Made by a program: the position numbers and the translations under genes. From Nostoc sp. (GTDB lineage Bacteria; Cyanobacteriota; Cyanobacteriia; Cyanobacteriales; Nostocaceae): a stretch of 64,000 nt of DNA. The notes under the pieces are model-generated. The model was not told the DNA's origin and made no database searches. It saw only the letters and a program-made list of their open reading frames with translations. Within the stretch, counting starts at the first letter, position 1. The number at the start of each line of letters is the position of its first letter. Positions 10,662 through 22,278 of the stretch are shown here, in pieces. The stretch covers positions 227,209-291,208 of the forward strand of contig NZ_JBALDJ010000114.1 in assembly GCF_036917415.1 (NCBI RefSeq). Direction: 5' to 3'.

Positions 10662-11003
10662 ATGAAAAATCAATTTGACACCATGAGAAATCAACCAGCA
10701 CAGAAATTTAATCAAGACGTATGGAGATTTGGCGTACAGGTTTTCTTTAGTAGCATCGTATTGGGGCTGTGCATTTTCAAGCTTGGCTCGCCAGCAGAGG
10801 ACGACAAGAATATTGCGCTTTACTGGGGTGGTTTATCAGGTGTGCTTGCATACTGGTTACCTTCACCTGGACAAACTAGAGACGATAAGGAACCACCGAA
10901 TATCACTCAAAGGACGTTTGCAGCCGTTGATAACAATAATGGTAACGATCAGAGTCTTGCTCAGGTTTCTGAAACGACAGTGACTCAAAATACGAATTCA
11001 TGA
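10662..11003 (+). CDS. Small hypothetical membrane protein (two TM segments)
   Basis: Hydrophobic FGVQVFFSSIVLGLCIF and LYWGGLSGVLAYWLPSP segments. Confidence 0.6.
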   Translation: MKNQFDTMRNQPAQKFNQDVWRFGVQVFFSSIVLGLCIFKLGSPAEDDKNIALYWGGLSGVLAYWLPSPGQTRDDKEPPNITQRTFAAVDNNNGNDQSLAQVSETTVTQNTNS

Positions 11004-11195
11004 TTGGTTTAATGCATTATATGGTTTCTTAGCCCTGGCAGTAATGCTAGGGTAAAATCTTGCTCAGAGATTGGACTGATTTTTCTAATAAACTTTGTTT
11101 TTGCAGTTACAGCAAAGCAAAATTACTATATGCTAAATGCTTATGTGTTAACTGTATTGACAGGAAGATTTTAGGCTAAAAACTGAGAAAAATCT

Positions 11196-12668
11196 GTGCT
11201 GGATATTAAGCAAATACGGGAAAATCCCCAATTAGTTCAAGAACGATTGAATAGTCGTAGTGGTAAATACGACATCGAGCCGATATTACTGTTAGATCGG
11301 CAACAACGGGAAATTGAGGGAACACGTAGTCAACTCCAAGCTCGTAGCAACGAAATTGGTAAAATTGTCGGTCAGAAGATTAAATCTGGGATCAATCCTC
11401 AAGACCCAGAAATTCAAGCTTTGCGGGATGAAGGTAACTCTGTCAAAGCGACGTTGAGTCAACTGGAACCCCAAGAAAAAGACCTCAAAGCTGAAATTGC
11501 TCAACTTGTGTTGGCACTTCCGAACTTGCCAAGCGACTCTACACCCCTTGGAAAGAATGAGGAAGATAACGTAGAAGTGCGCCGTTGGGGTGATGAGTAC
11601 ATTCCCCAAAATTCGCATATTCTCCCTCACTGGGAAATTGGCGAAAAGCTGGGTATTCTCAATGTTGAACGAGCTGTAAAAGTTGCCCAAAGTCGCTTTG
11701 TGACATTGATAGGCGCTGGTGCGGCATTGGAGAGGGCATTAATTCAATTTATGCTGACTCTCCATACTCAAGCTGGGTATGTGGAAGTCAGTCCGCCGCT
11801 GTTAGTAAATACCGAGTCTTTGACGGCGACCGGTCAATTGCCCAAGTTTGCCGAAGAAAGCTTTAAATGCGCTGATGATGACTTGTGGCTGATTCCTACA
11901 GCTGAAGTTCCAGTGACAAATCTCTATCGGGGTGAAATTCTCGCTGCTGAAAACTTACCTATCTACCACTGTGCCTTTACTCCCTGTTTTCGCCGCGAAG
12001 CTGGTAGTTATGGGCGCGATATGCGGGGATTAATCCGCCTGCATCAATTTAACAAGGTGGAAATGGTGAAGTTTGTCGAACCCAGTACGTCTTTTGATGA
12101 ACTGGAGAAATTGGTGGGGAATGCAGAAGCAATTTTACAAGCGTTGCGGTTGCCTTACCGAGTAGTAAATTTAAGTACTGGAGATTTGGGATTTGCCTCT
12201 ACCAAAACTTATGATTTAGAGGTTTGGTTGCCCTCTTCTGGCAAATACCGCGAAATTTCTAGCTGTTCCAATACTATAGATTTCCAGGCGCGACGGGCTG
12301 ATATTCGCTTCAAAGAGGCGGGGAAGAAAGGAACTCAGTTTGTACATACTCTAAATGGTTCGGGTTTGGCGGTGGGAAGGACGATGGCAGCAATTTTGGA
12401 GAATTATCAACAACCTGATGGGACGGTGAAGATACCAGAAGTGTTGCAACCTTATTTTCAGCAGGGAGAAAAGTTGGGTTTTCCATCGCTGCAAAATTTA
12501 CAAAGAGTTCAAAACTCACCAGTTGTACCCCAAGTTTTGCAACCAGTTTTACCAGAACGTGTTTCAAAGCCAACAATACAATTCCAATACCGTTATATTG
12601 TTGATTTGCTGTTTTGGCTTCCAATCGCCTCTTATGTTGTGTGGGTAATACTATCGTTGTTGTTTTAG
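11196..12668 (+). CDS. serS: Seryl-tRNA synthetase with a 70-aa C-terminal extension
   Basis: [10 protein letters not shown] start, [49 protein letters not shown]. Confidence 0.97.
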   Translation: MLDIKQIRENPQLVQERLNSRSGKYDIEPILLLDRQQREIEGTRSQLQARSNEIGKIVGQKIKSGINPQDPEIQALRDEGNSVKATLSQLEPQEKDLKAEIAQLVLALPNLPSDSTPLGKNEEDNVEVRRWGDEYIPQNSHILPHWEIGEKLGILNVERAVKVAQSRFVTLIGAGAALERALIQFMLTLHTQAGYVEVSPPLLVNTESLTATGQLPKFAEESFKCADDDLWLIPTAEVPVTNLYRGEILAAENLPIYHCAFTPCFRREAGSYGRDMRGLIRLHQFNKVEMVKFVEPSTSFDELEKLVGNAEAILQALRLPYRVVNLSTGDLGFASTKTYDLEVWLPSSGKYREISSCSNTIDFQARRADIRFKEAGKKGTQFVHTLNGSGLAVGRTMAAILENYQQPDGTVKIPEVLQPYFQQGEKLGFPSLQNLQRVQNSPVVPQVLQPVLPERVSKPTIQFQYRYIVDLLFWLPIASYVVWVILSLLF

Positions 12669-12781
12669 CAGAAAAACCAATCTGACCAAAACTTACATTT
12701 GGACTATGTGGACAAAATGGTACGTTACGCTGTCGCTAACGCACCCTACTGGCGTGGCACAGCTAAAATAGTGCGTTAGAT

Positions 12782-12854
12782 GTAGATTGGGTTGAGCAGC
12801 GCGAAACCCAACATTGATCGGAGTGTTGGGTTTCGTTCCTCAACCCAACCTACA
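12782..12854. repeat. Nostoc-type palindromic dispersed repeat
   Basis: gtagattgggttgag...gaaacccaaca / tgttgggtttc...ctcaacccaacctac inverted pair. A half copy occurs near 34882. Confidence 0.7.
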
Positions 12855-13013
12855 ATTTTTTTTGCAACAATTTAGCTTCGTCAGGCTACTACTAGCTTTA
12901 GATGTTAGAACCAGATACGAAAAATCGAACTATGACTAATGCCCAATGCCCTATGCCTAATGCCCAATTAGAATGGAGATAACTATAGCTTAATATCTTC
13001 ACTAATTTACTCT

Positions 13014-14114
13014 ATGTCAGTTTTAGCAGCGATCGCAGTCTTGGCTGTTTTGATCTTGGTACACGAGTTGGGACATTTTGTTGCAGCCCGTTCTCAAGGC
13101 ATTCTCGTTAACCGTTTTTCTTTGGGTTTTGGCCCAGTTCTTTTGAAGTACCAAGGTTCGCAAACCGAATATGCTGTCCGCGCCTTTCCCTTGGGCGGCT
13201 TTGTGGGCTTTCCCGATGATGACCCCGATAGCGATGTTCCACCCAATGACCCGAATCTGCTGCGTAACCGTCCAGTTTTAGACCGGGCGATTGTGATCAG
13301 TGCCGGAGTGATCGCCAATTTAATATTTGCCTACTTGGTGCTGGCTCTGCAATTGGGTATTGTTGGCATTCCAGAGAGGATTAACTATCAACCTGGTGTC
13401 ATCGTCAAGCCGGTTGATGAACAATCTATTTCCTACCAAGCAGGTATTAGGGAAGGAGACATCATTCTGGCTGTTAATGGTCAGGAACTCCCCGCTTCTG
13501 AAAAAGCGACAGCTTTGCTAACAAAAGAAATTCAAACTCATCCAAATCAGCAAATCGAACTAAAAGTTAAACATGAAAAGCAACCAAAGTCTCTAAAATT
13601 AACCCCAAAGCTGGGAGATAAAGGCCAAGGTGTAATTGGCATTGAACTTGGCCCCAATGGTACAGCAGTTTATCGCCGTCCTAATAGTCCTTTTGAAATT
13701 TTCGGCATTGCTGCTAACAGGTTTCAACAATTATTTGTGGGGACACTCAGCGGTTTTGGGCAGTTAATTACCAACTTTCAACAAACTGCTGGACAAGTTT
13801 CTGGGCCAGTTAATATTGTCAAAATCGGTGCAAAATTAGCTGAGGATAATACCGTAAACTTGTTGTCTTTTGCGGCAATTATCAGCATTAACTTGGCTAT
13901 TATCAATATTTTGCCTTTACCGGCTTTGGATGGCGGACAACTCGCTTTTCTGTTGATTGAAGGTTTACGCGGTAAGCCTGTACCCGCCCGGATTCAAGAA
14001 GGTGTAATGCAAACCGGTTTGGTGTTACTCTTAGGCTTAGGAATTTTTCTGATCGTCAAAGAAACTACCCAATTAACTAGCCAATTGGAATGGGTACAAA
14101 AATTGTTCCAGTGA
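13014..14114 (+). CDS. rseP: RIP metalloprotease RseP (M50 family with PDZ domain)
   Basis: HELGH zinc motif, PDZ region, NILPLPALDGG motif. Confidence 0.95.
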   Translation: MSVLAAIAVLAVLILVHELGHFVAARSQGILVNRFSLGFGPVLLKYQGSQTEYAVRAFPLGGFVGFPDDDPDSDVPPNDPNLLRNRPVLDRAIVISAGVIANLIFAYLVLALQLGIVGIPERINYQPGVIVKPVDEQSISYQAGIREGDIILAVNGQELPASEKATALLTKEIQTHPNQQIELKVKHEKQPKSLKLTPKLGDKGQGVIGIELGPNGTAVYRRPNSPFEIFGIAANRFQQLFVGTLSGFGQLITNFQQTAGQVSGPVNIVKIGAKLAEDNTVNLLSFAAIISINLAIINILPLPALDGGQLAFLLIEGLRGKPVPARIQEGVMQTGLVLLLGLGIFLIVKETTQLTSQLEWVQKLFQ

Positions 14115-14779
14115 GCATTACCCGCAAATCGTTATCTAAAAAGCAACGGGCGATAGAAATTTTAGCTCGGCTGAAGCGTCTTTATCCAGATGCTACCTGC
14201 TCTTTGAACTACTCAACGCCCGTACAATTGTTGGTGGCAACGATTCTCTCTGCTCAGTGTACTGATGAGCGGGTAAATAAGGTGACACCAGCTTTATTTG
14301 CTCGGTTTCCTGATGCTGAGAGTTTAGCGATCGCTGACTTAGTAGAATTAGAAAATTTGGTGCGTTCAACAGGGTTTTATCGCAATAAAGCCAAGAACAT
14401 TCAAGCCGCCTGTCGGATGATTGTTACTGAGTTTAACTCTGTTGTCCCCAACCAAATGGAGCAATTATTAAAGCTTCCAGGTGTAGCGCGCAAGACAGCA
14501 AATGTAGTCTTGGGTCATGCTTATGGCATTAATGTTGGCGTGACAGTAGATACTCACGTCAAGCGCCTGTGCGAACGTTTGGGTTTAACTGAAGTAAAAG
14601 ACCCCGTTCGGATTGAGCAAGATTTAATGGGTTTATTGCCTCAGCCTGATTGGGAAAATTGGTCAATTCGGCTGATTTATCACGGTCGTGCTATTTGTAA
14701 AGCACGCTCTCCCGTCTGCGTTGCTTGTGAACTTGCCGATTTATGTCCTGCTGCGAATCAGCCAGTGGTTGTAGGGTAA
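14111..14779 (+). CDS. nth: Endonuclease III
   Basis: LLVATILSAQCTD, HhH LPGVARKTAN, VDTHV, C-x6-C-x2-C-x5-C cluster. GTG start overlaps the rseP stop. Confidence 0.95.
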   Translation: MSITRKSLSKKQRAIEILARLKRLYPDATCSLNYSTPVQLLVATILSAQCTDERVNKVTPALFARFPDAESLAIADLVELENLVRSTGFYRNKAKNIQAACRMIVTEFNSVVPNQMEQLLKLPGVARKTANVVLGHAYGINVGVTVDTHVKRLCERLGLTEVKDPVRIEQDLMGLLPQPDWENWSIRLIYHGRAICKARSPVCVACELADLCPAANQPVVVG

Positions 14780-14855
14780 GCGACATAAGTAACCCCAGAA
14801 TTGATAGAAAGACTGTAGAATGGAAAACGGTGTCTTTAAAGAAGTTAGAGAATAT

Positions 14856-15158
14856 ATGGCAAAAAAGAGCTTGATTGAGCGCGAGAAAAAGCGCACCAAG
14901 TTGATAGAAAAGTATGCTGACAAGCGAGAAGCTCTCTTAGAAGAGTTCAGAAGTGCAGCATCTCCTTTGGATAAGCTGGAAATCCACCGGAAGATTCAAC
15001 AGCTACCCCGGAATAGTGCGCCCACCCGCCACCGCAACCGTTGTTGGTTGACTGGTCGTTCTAGAGGTGTTTACCGCGATTTTGGGTTGTCTCGGAACGT
15101 GCTGCGAGAATGGGCGCATGAAGGTCTTTTGCCTGGAGTTGTTAAGGCTAGTTGGTAG
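14856..15158 (+). CDS. rpsN: 30S ribosomal protein S14 (long, zinc-independent type)
   Basis: [13 protein letters not shown]...[31 protein letters not shown]...KASW. Confidence 0.97.
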   Translation: MAKKSLIEREKKRTKLIEKYADKREALLEEFRSAASPLDKLEIHRKIQQLPRNSAPTRHRNRCWLTGRSRGVYRDFGLSRNVLREWAHEGLLPGVVKASW

Positions 15159-15163
15159 TCAAG

Positions 15164-15226
15164 AGTCATTGGTCATTAGTCATTAGTCATTTGCAAAGGA
15201 CAAAGGACAACTGACAAATGACAAAA
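15164..15226. repeat. STRR heptamer tract (GTCATTG/TGACAAA type), inverted arrangement between convergent genes
   Basis: gtcattggtcattagtcattagtcatttg ... ggacaaaggacaactgacaaatgacaaa. Confidence 0.85.
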
Positions 15227-15228
15227 TA

Positions 15229-15558
15229 TTATTGACCACAACACTTATCAATTCCCAGACTTTCTAAGAGTAGATCGCTGACGGCGTTGGCGATCGCAAA
15301 CTCTCCATAGAAGCTATTGGAAAAATCATAGGACTGCATCTCTGTGACAATGGCAATTACCAGAGAACCAAGGTCGTTTTCTCCTTCCATCCGTTGACGC
15401 ACAAAAATCTGTGCGGCTCGTTGGGCTATGTTTTGGTTGACTGCTTCGGGGATAAATTCTGTATCTAGCCACCGTTGTAAGCGTTCTCGTAACCATTCAC
15501 CTTCGAGCAGTGGATTTTCAGGCGGTGGTAGGGTGATGGGTGGAATTGGTTGAGTCAT
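15229..15558 (-). CDS. Conserved hypothetical protein
   Basis: 109-aa ORF with ordinary cyanobacterial composition (WLDTEFIPE...[15 protein letters not shown]). Confidence 0.75.
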   Translation of the reverse strand: MTQPIPPITLPPPENPLLEGEWLRERLQRWLDTEFIPEAVNQNIAQRAAQIFVRQRMEGENDLGSLVIAIVTEMQSYDFSNSFYGEFAIANAVSDLLLESLGIDKCCGQ

Positions 15559-15661
15559 CTTTTTTAAACGCAGAGGGACGCGGAGGGAAACGCAGAGGAA
15601 CGCTGAGGTTGATTTTTTAGCATCAAATTGCGTTTCTAAGAGTGTTTTTTTATATTTATTT

Positions 15662-16237
15662 ATGCAATATGATATCGCCGCTATTGTTGAGGGCTATGCA
15701 CAAGGCTATTTTCTCATGGCTGATGAGCGCGATCGCCTGAGTTGGTACGGAAGTCGCGATCGGACTTTGATTCCTTTGGATGAGAGGTTTCGCTACCCTA
15801 AGTCTTTGCAGCGCGTTCTGAATCAAGAGCGGTTTACTGTGGCGATTAATCGAGACTTTCAGGCTGTGGTGGCTGGCTGTGCTGACAGAGAGACAACCTG
15901 GATTTCACCGGAATTAAAAAAGATTTACTGGCTGCTTTACCAGAACGGTTATGCTTATAGTTTTGAAACTTGGCAAGGTGACGAACTCGCTGGGGGAATT
16001 TTAGGGATTGTAATTGGTGGGGCTTTTATTGGCGAGTCGATGTTTTACCGCATTCCCGAAGGTTCAAAGGTGGCGATGGTCAAGTTGGTAGAAAGATTGC
16101 GTCAGAGGCAATTTGTGTTTTTTGATGCCCAAATGATGAATCCCCATTTGAAAAGGTTTGGCGCTTATCGGGTTGGGGATGAAGAATATCAATCTTTATT
16201 TCAGGAAGCGTTGCAACGTACTTATAACTTAGTATAA
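15662..16237 (+). CDS. aat: Leucyl/phenylalanyl-tRNA--protein transferase
   Basis: [49 protein letters not shown]. Confidence 0.92.
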   Translation: MQYDIAAIVEGYAQGYFLMADERDRLSWYGSRDRTLIPLDERFRYPKSLQRVLNQERFTVAINRDFQAVVAGCADRETTWISPELKKIYWLLYQNGYAYSFETWQGDELAGGILGIVIGGAFIGESMFYRIPEGSKVAMVKLVERLRQRQFVFFDAQMMNPHLKRFGAYRVGDEEYQSLFQEALQRTYNLV

Positions 16238-16313
16238 TTTTACCAGAAAAGCTGAATGTGATTGTTACTGATGTAGTAGTGCCGAGAATGAAGGTATTGC
16301 CATAAAAAATATT

Positions 16314-17681
16314 TTAATCATTACAATAGCGATCGCGCCCATTTTGTTTGGCACAGTAGAGTGCTTTATCAGCTGAGGCAATAAGTATATCTGGCCTGAT
16401 GTTCCAAATGGGTATGTGAGAGGTAATTCCTAAACTAACAGTGATGATATTCTTGACATCAGACTGTACATGGGGAATAGCCAGAGCATGAATTGCTTGC
16501 TGAATACTTTGCGCTACTTTAATCGCTCCTGCTAAATCAGTATTGGGCAAGAGTACCAAAAATTCTTCTCCACCATAACGCGCTACTAAATCGGCAGGAC
16601 GATGAATTGTCTGTTGCACTGTTTGCGCTATCCTCATTAGACAATCATCGCCTGCAAGATGACCATAGTAATCGTTGTAAAGTTTGAATTTATCAACGTC
16701 AAACATAATCAGTGACAAGGGTTGTTGTTCTCGTGCAAGGCGTCTCCATTCTGCTTGCAGTCGTGCATCAAAGCAACGACGGTTAGCTACCTGAGTCAAG
16801 CTATCTAAATTTGCCAGTTGTTCTAGTTTCTGATTTGCATCTTGGAGAGCCAATTCAATTTGTTTTCGTCCAGTGATGTCGCGTATGGTAATAGCAAAAC
16901 CATCATCTAGTTTGACTGCGACAAAGTGATACCAGCAAGAATTGCTTAATGGATGGTAAAAATCCTGTTCTAAAGCTTCCCCCGTTTCAACAAGATTAAT
17001 GAAATGATTGAAGAGTTCTGGTTCTAGACAGGTTAAAAGTTTTTTGAGTACTACTTTGCCAATCATCTCTTCACATTTGCTTCCGAAGGCTTTAGCAATA
17101 ACAGGATTGATAACTAAGCAACGAAAATCCTCAATGTCTCCAGTTGCAGGGTTGCGGACAGCTTGCATAGCGGCAATACCATCTAGCGAACTATTCAAAA
17201 TGCTGGCTAGCATTGCCCTGGACTGATACAGTATCTCTTCTGTTTCCCTACGCTTAATATTTTCTTGTTCTAGAAGCCGTTGCTGACGTTGAATAGTTAA
17301 CTGATTTTCTAGACGCGCTACAACTTCTTCCATCTGAAAGGGTTTGGTGATGTAGTCTATGCCCCCTGACTCAAAGGCGATCACTTTATCGAAAACATCA
17401 TCTAAAGCACTAATAAAAATAACAGGAATGGTGCGTAGAACTTCATCCGCTTTCAGAATTCTACAAACTTGATAGCCATCCATTTCTGGCATCTTGATAT
17501 CTAAAAGAATGATATCTGGTCGCTTTGCCTTTACTGTTTTTAGTGCCATCCGCCCACTTGTAACGCTGCGAACAGTGTAGCCAAGTTTGACCAGAGAATC
17601 ACTTAATAAATGTAAATTTTTGGGACTGTCGTCTACTAGGAGAATATTACCTTTATTTTCTTTATCAGAATCAAGATTCAT
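16314..17681 (-). CDS. Response regulator diguanylate cyclase (REC - PAS-like - GGDEF)
   Basis: REC motifs LLVDD and [11 protein letters not shown]. Intact GGEEF preceded by an RPAD I-site. Confidence 0.92.
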   Translation of the reverse strand: MNLDSDKENKGNILLVDDSPKNLHLLSDSLVKLGYTVRSVTSGRMALKTVKAKRPDIILLDIKMPEMDGYQVCRILKADEVLRTIPVIFISALDDVFDKVIAFESGGIDYITKPFQMEEVVARLENQLTIQRQQRLLEQENIKRRETEEILYQSRAMLASILNSSLDGIAAMQAVRNPATGDIEDFRCLVINPVIAKAFGSKCEEMIGKVVLKKLLTCLEPELFNHFINLVETGEALEQDFYHPLSNSCWYHFVAVKLDDGFAITIRDITGRKQIELALQDANQKLEQLANLDSLTQVANRRCFDARLQAEWRRLAREQQPLSLIMFDVDKFKLYNDYYGHLAGDDCLMRIAQTVQQTIHRPADLVARYGGEEFLVLLPNTDLAGAIKVAQSIQQAIHALAIPHVQSDVKNIITVSLGITSHIPIWNIRPDILIASADKALYCAKQNGRDRYCND

Positions 17682-20334
17682 TGCTTCTCAGGGGTTCGGC
17701 TAAATCAACCAATTCCTCAAATTCAAATTGACGAGCAAGTTTTGTTAAAGATTGAATTAAAAAAGTTTCTGTTTTGGGAACATCTCTAATTAATTCTATG
17801 ACCCGATTAGTATTCGCTTCTAAAGCAGCTTCATAGAATTGATTAATCCATTCTTGAGACATACAAATTAGATTGTTAGATGTTAACGATTTTTTTTCTG
17901 TCTCTTCAGAATTTGAATAATTATTTTCAGCATATATATATTTGACACCAAGATGTTTGGCTAGTGTGTCAAAAATTGTATGTTCTGCAAAAGGTTTGCG
18001 AAGAAAGTCATCACACCCGGCTGAAAGGACGATCGCTTTTTCTTCTTCTAAAACACTTGCTGTCAGAGCAATTATAGCTGTAGCATTCCCCTTGGTAGTG
18101 AACTTGATATATTTTGTAGCTTCGTAACCGTCCATGACAGGCATTCGCATATCCATCCAAATCAGGTGGGGTTCCCATTCATTCCAAATAGCGATCGCTT
18201 CTTTGCCATTACTAGCTTCTTTCATCTCAAACCCTAACGGTTGTAAAAGTTTAATTAATAATTGACGATTAATAGATTTATCATCTACTATTAATAGTTT
18301 ATAAATAGGTTGTCCTGGTGCAAGTTCTAATACTTTTGGATGTGCTTCTAAAGTATTACTATTGGTTTTTTGACCTAATTTTGCTTGAATATAAAATTTA
18401 AAAGTTGTCCCTACTCCTAATTTACTTTCAACAGAAATATCTCCTCCCATTAACTGAATAAACTTGTGACTAATTGCTAAACCTAAACCCGTTCCTTCTT
18501 GTGATTCTTTTCCGGCTTTTGCTTGGGAAAAAGCATTAAATAGTTTGGGTAATTCTGCGGCTGCAATCCCTACTCCTGTATCACAGACTTTAAAATTAAG
18601 AGTTAAAATATCTGTGATTTCTTCACTAGTATTATTTACTGTTAAACTAATTGTTCCTTTTTGAGTAAATTTAATGGCATTACTAATCAAATTAATTAAT
18701 ACTTGTCGGAGTTTTAATTCATCTGTGCAAATATAACATGGGACATTTTCACTACGTTGAAATATTAAGTTTAAGCCTTGATTACTTGCCTGTAAATATA
18801 GCATATCTTCTAAGTCATCTAGCAAGCGATACAGGTCAAAGTCTCTAGGGTTAAGAGTAGTTTTACCCGCTTCTATTTTTGATAAATCGAGAATATTATT
18901 AATGAGCGTTAGTAAATAATCACCACTGTGATAAATGATCCCGACATTTTCATAATGCTCGGCAGGCAAGTTTTTAGCACGTAACATTAATTGAGAAAAA
19001 CCTAGAACAGCATTGAGGGGCGATCGCAATTCATGACTCATATTAGCAATAAATAAACTTTTAGCTTGATTTGCTACTTCGGCTTTTTCTTTAGCAATCG
19101 CTAACTCTGCTGTTCTCTCCTGTACCCGTTGTTCCAAAGTTTCAAAAGATGTTTGTAACTGAAGTGCCATATTATTAAACGATTTTGCCAGTTGACCTAT
19201 TTCGTCTTTTGATTTATTTTTGGCGCGAATATCTAAGTTACCTGCGGTAAACTGGAAAACTATATTGGTAAGGTAAATTATTGGCTTTGTTAACAGTTGC
19301 CCAATGGCAAAAGCGATAATTGTCACTACTCCTGCAATAAATGCAAATAGAAAAATTGCGTCGCGAATTTGCTTTTCTACAGGTGCTAGAGCAACAGCAA
19401 AGGGACGTGCAAACAATACAGACCAAGGCTTATATTGCAAACGAGCGATCGCAATTAGATTAACCTGATTACCTGTTGCTTTCAAAGATGCAATTAAATA
19501 CGACTGTTTATTATCCAATGCTTGTTTAAGTTTTAACTCATTAGTTGCCAATTCTTTGAGAGAAGAATTAGGCAAACGACCTTCCTGTTGCAGTTGAGTT
19601 ACAATATAGTCAGGCAGAGGCACAATTGATTTAAAAAGCAGTTCTGGTGCAGTACTATGTGCCAGATAAACATTCTTGTCATCTAAAAGAATAGCAAAAG
19701 ATTTTGCCCCAGCCCGTTCAGTTTGTCGAGTTACTAACTGTTGAACAACAGTCGCATTATATGAAACACGCAATATACCCAATATATCTCCCTTGGCATT
19801 GCGAACCGGACTGCTAAAAAAGAGGGTAATAAGATCGGGAATTGTCGGCGATCGCTTCATGCTAGAAACAAAAGAGAAACCAGTTTTTAGCGGTTTTTGA
19901 AAATAATCTTGAACTGATTCGTCTTTGCCAATATTCAGTGTACGTGTATCTAATACATTTTTACCGTTTAAGTCGAGCAAAGCATAAGAGAGAATATTGA
20001 GCATATCTTTGCGACTGAGACGGATTAATGTTTCTGTCGCCAATTGCATTTCGGGGCTGTCATCTCGCTGTTTTGGATTTAAGCTGAGATAGCGTGCCAA
20101 ACCTGGTAAAATCGCCTCTACGCGCACGGCATTGAGATTTCCATCAATAAAGGCATCTATTCTGTTAGCGGTTTCGTTAGCCGCCGCAGATAGGGCTTGT
20201 CGGGCATTGTCAGTTAGTGCTTTTTCTGTTGTCTGTTTGTTGACAAATGCCAATAACAGCAATGGAATCAAAGCAACAACGAGAAACGAGGCGATCAACT
20301 TTGTACGGATGCCGCCCAAAAAGGAGTGTTGCAT
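17671..20334 (-). CDS. Hybrid sensor histidine kinase (Cache-like periplasmic domain, HAMP, HisKA, HATPase, REC)
   Basis: Two TMs flank a periplasmic domain. [11 protein letters not shown] (HAMP), [33 protein letters not shown]. Confidence 0.92.
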   Translation of the reverse strand: MQHSFLGGIRTKLIASFLVVALIPLLLLAFVNKQTTEKALTDNARQALSAAANETANRIDAFIDGNLNAVRVEAILPGLARYLSLNPKQRDDSPEMQLATETLIRLSRKDMLNILSYALLDLNGKNVLDTRTLNIGKDESVQDYFQKPLKTGFSFVSSMKRSPTIPDLITLFFSSPVRNAKGDILGILRVSYNATVVQQLVTRQTERAGAKSFAILLDDKNVYLAHSTAPELLFKSIVPLPDYIVTQLQQEGRLPNSSLKELATNELKLKQALDNKQSYLIASLKATGNQVNLIAIARLQYKPWSVLFARPFAVALAPVEKQIRDAIFLFAFIAGVVTIIAFAIGQLLTKPIIYLTNIVFQFTAGNLDIRAKNKSKDEIGQLAKSFNNMALQLQTSFETLEQRVQERTAELAIAKEKAEVANQAKSLFIANMSHELRSPLNAVLGFSQLMLRAKNLPAEHYENVGIIYHSGDYLLTLINNILDLSKIEAGKTTLNPRDFDLYRLLDDLEDMLYLQASNQGLNLIFQRSENVPCYICTDELKLRQVLINLISNAIKFTQKGTISLTVNNTSEEITDILTLNFKVCDTGVGIAAAELPKLFNAFSQAKAGKESQEGTGLGLAISHKFIQLMGGDISVESKLGVGTTFKFYIQAKLGQKTNSNTLEAHPKVLELAPGQPIYKLLIVDDKSINRQLLIKLLQPLGFEMKEASNGKEAIAIWNEWEPHLIWMDMRMPVMDGYEATKYIKFTTKGNATAIIALTASVLEEEKAIVLSAGCDDFLRKPFAEHTIFDTLAKHLGVKYIYAENNYSNSEETEKKSLTSNNLICMSQEWINQFYEAALEANTNRVIELIRDVPKTETFLIQSLTKLARQFEFEELVDLAEPLRSNES

Positions 20335-20343
20335 AGCTTCAAA

Positions 20344-21321
20344 CTAGGGAGGATTCAAGAAGGAAGAATTGAACAAACTTTCTAGCTCAGGAATACGCGT
20401 AATGTTTCCAGAGCGAATAAAAAAGTCTGCATATATATTGGCAGTTTTGTAGATGGAGTTAGGGTTGCTAGATTGAAAATATTTTTTATTTTCACCTAAA
20501 TCAGTTAGGTTTATTCCCTCTAGAGAGAGAGTATTGTTAGGAATTTTTAACGCTTTGCTGATGATAGCTTTTCCTTCCTCAACATTTGCTTTCCAGTAGG
20601 TCGAAGCTTGCAGCCATCCTCGCACAAAAGCACGAATGTCTTTGGGGCGATCGCGGATTGTCTCACCGCGAAAGATAATCAAATCTAAAATCAAGCCAGG
20701 GGTTTGTTTGCTAGTAAATAGGATATTTCCCCCTAATTTCATCGCTTTAGAGAGATAGGGTTGCCAAGTGTGTCCGGCTTGAATCGTATTATTTTTCAGG
20801 CGTTGAGGAATTTCTAAAGCCTCTAATTGAACCAAGTTCACATCATCACTGGTTAAATTGGCAGTTTTCAACATTTCAGTCACGAAAACTTCGCTAAAAC
20901 TGCCTAGATTTGCACCCAACTTTTTCCCTTTCAAATCAGCGACAGTTTTAATTTTTGATTGGGCGACTACCACATCTGCTCCTATTGATTCATCTATAAC
21001 GATCGCACCTTGTATATCTGGATTTGTGGCACTCAAGATTATAAACTTTCCCAAGGACGACGTAATCCCATCATATTTACCCGCATTGAAGTTTGCTTGT
21101 TCCAATTGGGCGTATTGTTTATGAATTAGTTCCACATCTACCCCTTGGGCTTTGAAGAATCCTTTTTCTTGAGCAATGATGCCTGGAAGCTCTCCAACAA
21201 AAGATGCAAATATAACTTTCAAGGGAGGGCGTTTTACTTCAGTTGGTGCTGAAGTATTACAAGCAAGTAGTAAACAGGCAGTAATGAGGAAAATACTAAT
21301 GTATCTGAGTAGTTTAAGCAT
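20344..21321 (-). CDS. Lipoprotein solute-binding protein (SsuA/NMT1-THI5-like)
   Basis: Lipobox LLLAC, IAQEKGFFKAQGVDVEL, IKTVADLKGKK. Confidence 0.85.
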   Translation of the reverse strand: MLKLLRYISIFLITACLLLACNTSAPTEVKRPPLKVIFASFVGELPGIIAQEKGFFKAQGVDVELIHKQYAQLEQANFNAGKYDGITSSLGKFIILSATNPDIQGAIVIDESIGADVVVAQSKIKTVADLKGKKLGANLGSFSEVFVTEMLKTANLTSDDVNLVQLEALEIPQRLKNNTIQAGHTWQPYLSKAMKLGGNILFTSKQTPGLILDLIIFRGETIRDRPKDIRAFVRGWLQASTYWKANVEEGKAIISKALKIPNNTLSLEGINLTDLGENKKYFQSSNPNSIYKTANIYADFFIRSGNITRIPELESLFNSSFLNPP

Positions 21322-21738
21322 AAAATTTTTGATATTTTTTAATTATTGCTCATCAAAGATTCAGGTAAATAAACTAATTGTTCAAATTTAAATTGCCGTG
21401 TAAATTTCGTCGGTGATTGTATTAAAGGAGTTTTGGTTGTTGGAATTGCTTCCAGATTTAGAAATTCTGACCGCAAGCGCGGCTTGAGAATTTTATTTAT
21501 TCATAGGTATTGTTTGTTTTGCAGCCGCCCCAACAAGTAATTATGGTTCAAATCAATGAAAAAGGCTGTAATTGCAAAGAGAGCGATCGCTCTTTTCCAC
21601 TGTTATATAAGAGGATGTTTGAAAAGTCCTCAAGCGTGTGTTTCACTACCCTGGCTACCAAGAAACTGCTACGAAATCGGAGTTTTGGGATTTGAGAGCG
21701 TACCTCTGAGTCATACTTAAGGCTCAAGCCAACCCTTT

Positions 21739-21954
21739 TCAAACAACCTCTAAGTAAACACATTTATAGCCTTCTAACTTGAGACGACGACTTATTCGCT
21801 GTAGTACAGATGATTTACCCATTTGCCGAACGTTAAACACGTAGCAAAAAGCACTACCTTTGAAACTGTTATAAAGTTTTTCGTCTGCTTGACGCACAAC
21901 ATAAGTGGGATCGTCACTGTAGAGGCTACCGCCAACTTGGTATCTCATGTGCAA
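21739..21954 (-). pseudogene. N-terminal fragment of a cyanobacterial AAA-like (AAA_35-type) protein
   Basis: YQVGGSL...TYVVRQAD...YVFNVRQMGKSS degenerate P-loop. Truncated at about 70 aa. Confidence 0.7.
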
Positions 21955-22076
21955 AGTGTGATTAGAAAAGGAAGATATAAAGAAGGAGTCAGAATTCAGA
22001 ATTTAGAATACTATATCCATCCTGCCACACTGTCTTGTTCGTGAAGTGTCTCGTAGAGTTAAGACGGTGAAGAGCT

Positions 22077-22262
22077 ATGCAGTATAATACGATGCCTACG
22101 GCGAGCCACACCTACGCAGATGGAGAAAGGACGGCGCAATGGTTTGCCTTTTGCAAAGACTATGATTTACTGATTTTAGATTGGATGTTGACCAAAGTCA
22201 GTGGGTTGATTAAATCCGCCAAATTTCTCAAAGCAATTTCGTCTTTGTCTAACCATCGCTAA
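22077..22262 (+). pseudogene. Response regulator receiver fragment
   Basis: DYDLLILDWML..VSG motif in a short frame interrupted by an SDR5-like insert at 22089. Confidence 0.55.
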
Positions 22263-22278
22263 CCTTGACCCGGAAAAC

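Noticed and set aside
14820-14855. Apparent N-terminal extension of S14
   Set aside because: The ATG at 14856 gives the canonical MAKKS start. The same longest-ORF artefact explains the extensions at 7379, 9631, 14090, 26880, 44910 and 52258.
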